Shown: positions 59,280 to 64,000 of the stretch, in pieces | How the letters are laid out: the number at the start of each line of letters is the position of its first letter | Position numbering within the stretch: the stretch's first letter is position 1 | NCBI GenBank assembly: GCA_965198175.1 | Contig: OZ240245.1 | Span: 4,128,001 to 4,192,000, forward strand | Direction of reading: 5' to 3' | From: Candidatus Poribacteria bacterium | GTDB taxonomy: Bacteria; Poribacteria; WGA-4E; PCPOR2b | DNA: 64,000 bases | Notes under the pieces: generated by a model | Seen by the model: the letters and a program-made list of their open reading frames with translations, nothing else | The model's database searches: none | Told to the model about the DNA's origin: nothing | Program-made: the position numbers and the translations under genes

Positions 59280-59381
59280 TCTTCCGAATTCCCAGAGGCA
59301 CCAATGGCTTTATCCGGCGCTTGTATTCTAAGTTAGTTGGTTTCATCCTGCGAATATTCCACGGCGATCAAAGTGCGGTGT

Positions 59382-59411
59382 ATTATAGCATGAAGGCATT
59401 TAGCTTGGCAA
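59382..59411 (-). promoter_or_regulatory. sigma70 promoter of the argH-pyrF-pyrE unit
   Basis: Minus strand TTGCCA-18 bp-TATAAT with an extended TG. Confidence 0.6.
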
Positions 59412-59602
59412 GTGATGATTCGTACACCGATTCCGAGTCTTCAACGAGTATTTTTAGTGAATCCGATCTCCGCACTCACATGCCCTGCATCGGTATCAGA
59501 AAATGGCATCCTGCGTTACGCCGTGCAATTCGTCAAAGCGGAATTCCATTCTTGACTTTGCTGGGCTTTTATGCAAAAATAACATGAAAAGAACATGAGA
59601 TT

Positions 59603-62600
59603 TTGGAGCACTGGATGCAACCCATTGAGAGAAATAACACCGCCGCCTGTAAATCGTCTCGCTTTAAACTGCAAACCGTCCTATTCACTCTCCTGACACT
59701 TCTATTTAGCACCCCCTTCTATCTTTGGGCAATCCCACCGCTTCAGCATTTTTACCCCCGGGCAGACTTTCCCAATTATGCGGATTATATCGCATTTCTA
59801 GAACAATTCCCCACCTACGCAGAATCAGAATGGCATAGCGGCTATCAAGGCGATTCCCAGCTCGGATATTTTAGCAACGGGGTGCATGACCACAATCAGA
59901 TGCGCGTGTTGGCTAATTTTATCTTCGTATATGCTTTGTTGGCTGCAGAAAAGGCGGGCGATCAAGTTGTCTCGGAAATCAGTCAAGGTACGCTTTTGAA
60001 TCGTGCGCGAGCGGCGCTTCGATATTTTACCGCAACGCACATCACCGGAGATAAAGTCTGCACGGACGGCGTAAAGTGGGGGGCACAGCCGCACCAGTGG
60101 TTGTCACCATGGGTTATTTCCAAAGCGGTGGCTGGGGCGCGCCTGATTTGGGATGAGTTAACCCAAGAGGAAACTGATGCCATTCGACGCGTCGTCGTTC
60201 ACGAAGCAAATTATCAGTTGGGAAACCGGGTGTTCTCCCGCGAATATGAAGATACCCAAGCTGAACTCAACGCCTTAAACGCCGAGGTACTTGCTTGGGC
60301 AACCAGCCTGTATCCAACCCACCCCAATGCGGAAAGATGGCTAGTGAAGGCGCAAGAATTGTTTATGAACACCTTTTCAGTTGAGGCAGATGCAAGCGAC
60401 ACCACGGTGGCCGACGGTAAACCGGTCAACCAATGGGTATATACCACGAACGCACATCCCGACTTCACACTTGAAGGGCACGGCGCCTATCAGTTTGATT
60501 ATATTGCAGTTCCACTTCACTCGCTCGCTTGGGCATACTACGCATTCGTTAGCAACGGACAGCCGGTTCCTCAATCTCTTTTTCATCATCTCAAGGATGT
60601 TTGGGACGCGCTGAAGCCTACACATCTCTTTTCTGGACGGTTTGCCTATTTTCAGGGTAAGGATTGGGCACGGTATGTCTATGGACCCTACTTTATTCTT
60701 CCCGCCTTAGTGCTGTTGGAAAATGAATTCAGCGACCCTGACGCACGGCTTATCGAACAACTCCGCTTTCGCGCACTCGCGTGGGAGCAGCAACAAAACA
60801 GTAATGGGAGCATTTTCGGGGAGCGGTTCGCAAATCAACGCCAGGGCTGGCCCCTTATCTACGAAACGGACAGCTACGCAAATATGGGGTTAGCCTATCT
60901 TCTACACCAATTCGCACCCTTGATAGACGCCGAAAACGTATATGTCTATCAGAAAAAGGTAGAAGGCAGCTTTCATAGTGAATATTGCCAATATCTCTAC
61001 GCTCGCTCAGAAGATCTGTTTGTATCATTTAGTTGGCGGCATCTGTCCGGACATTATCCAATGGTTTTATTTGTGCCTGGAGACGACGATATGGTGGAAT
61101 GGGCAAAAGGGAATTTCATCGGAAATGTCGTCCTTAAAGATGCGGACATTAGCCCTACACCCCCGCTTCATAATGAGCGTCTCCTTGAAGATGGTTTCGT
61201 CACTACGGGACACATAAGAGAGGGAAGACGGGGCAATGTAGACGGTGTAGACCACTACGTAAGTTTTACGGCGATGCCCAAGGACGGAATCGCAATAATT
61301 ATGGAATATCTCGTGGCACGGGAAACAATCGCTGTAACTACGCAAGCCGGCTTATCCTACTATTTGCCGAATGACATCTTCAACGAGAACATCCGCCATA
61401 TTCATTCTGTGGGCGACACAGTAAGGTTGTCAGGCGGGAGCGGCCCAGGCGAGGACATCACAATCAATTCCCCATGGATAAATATTGACGATAAATTAGG
61501 CATCATCAGCGTACGTAACAATGGCGTTTTTAGAATTCGACCCGGAAAGAGAAACATTTGGTACGGACAGATTAGTGAACAAATCGACTACATCTTGACA
61601 TCGCAACCGCGCTTGGGAGCGGGGAGATACGAAGAAGGCGATATAATTCGAGAAGGGGGTCATCTCTTAATCTGCGGCGACAAGGACGCGACAAAAAGCA
61701 TGGTGAGCAAACTTCAATGGTTATCTACAAGTGATAGTCTAGTTAAAGCGGTGAAATTGGTGACTGACGAATCTGATCGTTTGATAGTCGCAAACTTCCA
61801 CCCTGGTCCGGTAAATGCCGAGATTCCACTCTACAGCGGAACAGGAGCCTCAATGCATCTTCGCAGTCTGGACACCATTATCCACGATGGTCCACTGACT
61901 GAAATCACCCATCAAAAGGATGATTCAACCATGGTGCTAGTGCCCAAAGGCGAGTTTTTCATGGGCACTAGTGATTCGCAACTTGATGAAATCACGGGAG
62001 GTAATCAAACACTGAGGGAACTTTTCAGGCATGAACAGCCCCAGCATACAGTTTATTTGGATGCCTTTTACATTGACAAATATGAGGTGACTGTTGCGCA
62101 GTTTGAAAAATTTGTCGATGCCACCGGGTACATCACCGACGCTGAGCGGGAAAACTGGGGGTTTGTATGGGAGGGAGGCCACCTCTGGCCTCAAATTCAG
62201 GGCGCAAATTGGAAGGCGCCGCTGGGGCCCGGAAGCACGAGCCTAGACAAAATGAATCACCCTGTTGTACAAGTGAGCTACAATGATGCAGTCGCGTATG
62301 CAAAGTGGGCGGGGAAACGGTTGCCCACCGAAGCCGAATGGGAAAAGGCTGCGAGAGGCACAGACGGTCGGATTTTTCCCTGGGGAGATGAGTGGGACCC
62401 CAAGCGATTGAATTCATTGGAACTTGGACCTCGGACAACGACGCCTGTCGGGAGCTACCCGGACGGTGCAAGTCCGTATGGGGCGCTGGATATGGTCGGC
62501 AATGTCTGGGAATCGGTTTCAGATTGGTATAATCACGCTTATTATTCCACGTCGACGCAGTGGTCAAACCCACAGGGACCAGCGCACGGGATACATCGAG

Positions 62601-63436
62601 CATTCCGCGGGGCATGTTGGCTGAACAAAAGACACGTGACCCGATGCGCCCATCGTGACAACCACGTCAGCACCCCTGATTTTCGCGTCCACCTCGGCGG
62701 ATTTCGATGTGCGATGTCGTTCGCCGAATTCATAGAACAATCGCAAGCGGTTCAGCCTGATACGGTTAATCCTGAAGATGTCAATTCGGATGGTGTCATC
62801 GACATCGCCGACCTAGTTATCGTCGGTATGCAATTCGGGCAGACGCCTCCTGAAAACCCCTCTGCTGATGTCAATGGGGATGGTACCGTTGATGTAACCG
62901 ATCTTGTTCAAGTCGGCGCACGCCTTGGCGAAAAAATAGCGGCGTCGTCAGCGCCGGGTAGAGTGTGGAGCAACTTGACCAAGCGTTCACAAACTCGACA
63001 GCCGATCTCGCTTCCACAAAGCGGAATCACTGCGGTCCAGAGCGCACTCGTCGAATTGGAAACGCTCACCGATCCATCGCCAGCCGCAGTAGTCGCACGA
63101 GATCTTCTCCACGCATGGTTAGCGCATCGCCAGAGCCCCGTCACCGAAACGAGACTCTTGCCTAACTACCCCAATCCGTTCAATCCGGAAACGTGGATCC
63201 CTTATCAATTAGCGTCCGATGCAGCGGTGGAAATCTCGATATACGACCTCCACGGCGCGTTAGTCCGCCAATTGAGGTTGGGGCATCAGAAGGCGGGATA
63301 TTATATCAATCGGGAACGAGCGGCGTATTGGGACGGCAGATCCGAGACTGGAGAGTGGGTTTCGAGTGGGCTGTATTTCTATCAACTTCGTGCCGGTGAC
63401 TTTACCTCGTTGAAGCGGATGGTCATCGTGAAGTAG
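59603..63436 (+). CDS. Secreted multidomain protein: lyase-like alpha-toroid/beta-sandwich, FGE-like domain, dockerin, FlgD-type tail
   Basis: Signal/TM segment; helical N-terminal half (weak polysaccharide-lyase-like call); [47 protein letters not shown] tail. Start may be 59615. Confidence 0.8.
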   Translation: MEHWMQPIERNNTAACKSSRFKLQTVLFTLLTLLFSTPFYLWAIPPLQHFYPRADFPNYADYIAFLEQFPTYAESEWHSGYQGDSQLGYFSNGVHDHNQMRVLANFIFVYALLAAEKAGDQVVSEISQGTLLNRARAALRYFTATHITGDKVCTDGVKWGAQPHQWLSPWVISKAVAGARLIWDELTQEETDAIRRVVVHEANYQLGNRVFSREYEDTQAELNALNAEVLAWATSLYPTHPNAERWLVKAQELFMNTFSVEADASDTTVADGKPVNQWVYTTNAHPDFTLEGHGAYQFDYIAVPLHSLAWAYYAFVSNGQPVPQSLFHHLKDVWDALKPTHLFSGRFAYFQGKDWARYVYGPYFILPALVLLENEFSDPDARLIEQLRFRALAWEQQQNSNGSIFGERFANQRQGWPLIYETDSYANMGLAYLLHQFAPLIDAENVYVYQKKVEGSFHSEYCQYLYARSEDLFVSFSWRHLSGHYPMVLFVPGDDDMVEWAKGNFIGNVVLKDADISPTPPLHNERLLEDGFVTTGHIREGRRGNVDGVDHYVSFTAMPKDGIAIIMEYLVARETIAVTTQAGLSYYLPNDIFNENIRHIHSVGDTVRLSGGSGPGEDITINSPWINIDDKLGIISVRNNGVFRIRPGKRNIWYGQISEQIDYILTSQPRLGAGRYEEGDIIREGGHLLICGDKDATKSMVSKLQWLSTSDSLVKAVKLVTDESDRLIVANFHPGPVNAEIPLYSGTGASMHLRSLDTIIHDGPLTEITHQKDDSTMVLVPKGEFFMGTSDSQLDEITGGNQTLRELFRHEQPQHTVYLDAFYIDKYEVTVAQFEKFVDATGYITDAERENWGFVWEGGHLWPQIQGANWKAPLGPGSTSLDKMNHPVVQVSYNDAVAYAKWAGKRLPTEAEWEKAARGTDGRIFPWGDEWDPKRLNSLELGPRTTTPVGSYPDGASPYGALDMVGNVWESVSDWYNHAYYSTSTQWSNPQGPAHGIHRAFRGACWLNKRHVTRCAHRDNHVSTPDFRVHLGGFRCAMSFAEFIEQSQAVQPDTVNPEDVNSDGVIDIADLVIVGMQFGQTPPENPSADVNGDGTVDVTDLVQVGARLGEKIAASSAPGRVWSNLTKRSQTRQPISLPQSGITAVQSALVELETLTDPSPAAVVARDLLHAWLAHRQSPVTETRLLPNYPNPFNPETWIPYQLASDAAVEISIYDLHGALVRQLRLGHQKAGYYINRERAAYWDGRSETGEWVSSGLYFYQLRAGDFTSLKRMVIVK

Positions 63437-63522
63437 GTATACTCACCCTCATTGTCTAGACGAGAATGAAGAAGATTTCAGGTTGAAATTGGACCTATTC
63501 GGTCAAGCTTCAACGCCGGGCA

Positions 63523-64000
63523 TTAACCAATAGTAAACCAAGCGATGTAAATACGAAAGCCAATACTTTCATATAGATTCATCGCTGCGGTTCGATAAAA
63601 CTCGGTGCCAACTTCCGTCACGGCAACGCCCCGGTCGTGCAGGTAATTTAGGGAGCTAACTACTAGAGCTCTGCCGAGTCCGATACCTCTGTGGTCTTTA
63701 CGGACGCCTGTCCAACCAACCCCGCCGGGGAACGTTCCGCCGATCTTTTTTCGATCATGCAGAACGATGCCCGCGCTGATACCGATAGGTTCTCCTCCCT
63801 TTTCAACAAAGAAGAACCCCTGCGGGGCAAAATCTAAACTCTTGTTGACACCCAAGAAGGTTTGGTTCCAGAACTCCTCCGCTTTCGATGAATCGCCAAA
63901 CGCCGCATTTCTGACATCCGCCCAAGTCTGCTCATCGCCGTCTCGAAATGTTCGCAGGTTATACCCCGCTTTAATTGAGGGCGGCTGCCGCGAATAGTTC
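63523..64000 (-). CDS. GNAT acetyltransferase (MshD-like), 5'-truncated by the window edge
   Basis: Frame is open to the window end (..GYNLRTFRDGDEQTW..); motifs GVRKDHRGIGLGRAL and AMNLYESIGF. Confidence 0.82.
   Translation of the reverse strand, partial: NYSRQPPSIKAGYNLRTFRDGDEQTWADVRNAAFGDSSKAEEFWNQTFLGVNKSLDFAPQGFFFVEKGGEPIGISAGIVLHDRKKIGGTFPGGVGWTGVRKDHRGIGLGRALVVSSLNYLHDRGVAVTEVGTEFYRTAAMNLYESIGFRIYIAWFTIG

Noticed and set aside
59267..59587. 106-aa ORF between argH and the 59603 gene
   Set aside because: It occupies a divergent promoter region, overlaps the argH start on the opposite strand, and has no motif.

Overview
Bacterial chromosomal window. The lineage is most likely Candidatus Poribacteria; this is an inference from repeated PhyH dioxygenases, LRR/cohesin/dockerin/FlgD-type surface proteins and a C-terminal AVEP..WGKLK tag. 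Contents in order: (1) tandem paralogous surface proteins, one a di-haem cytochrome c-LRR-cohesin-dockerin fusion, followed by a small haem protein; (2) a ~15 kb cluster of rex, hemB, hemL, polyprenyl synthase, sirC-like, ccsA, hemA, hemC, cobA/hemD, ccmE, ccmF and ccmH; (3) an accessory metabolic region with GH116, DUF1080, SDRs, PhyH genes, nucleotide-sugar genes, an FGE-like protein and ATP sulfurylase; (4) housekeeping argH-pyrF-pyrE-lepA-lepB with a tandem, frameshifted lepB duplicate; (5) two more dockerin/FlgD-tailed proteins. Signals the ORF track does not explain: two decayed IS200/IS605 tnpB 3' ends (reRNA-like) facing each other around the DUF1080 and TPR genes, a fossil ECF sigma region 4 fused to an ankyrin gene, a perfect 32-bp inverted repeat joining a PhyH gene to a sugar transferase, a DGR-like codon signature in an FGE-type gene, and a plant/animal-type ATP sulfurylase. 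No rRNA, tRNA or CRISPR array was seen. All family calls come from motif recognition by eye; no database searches were run.
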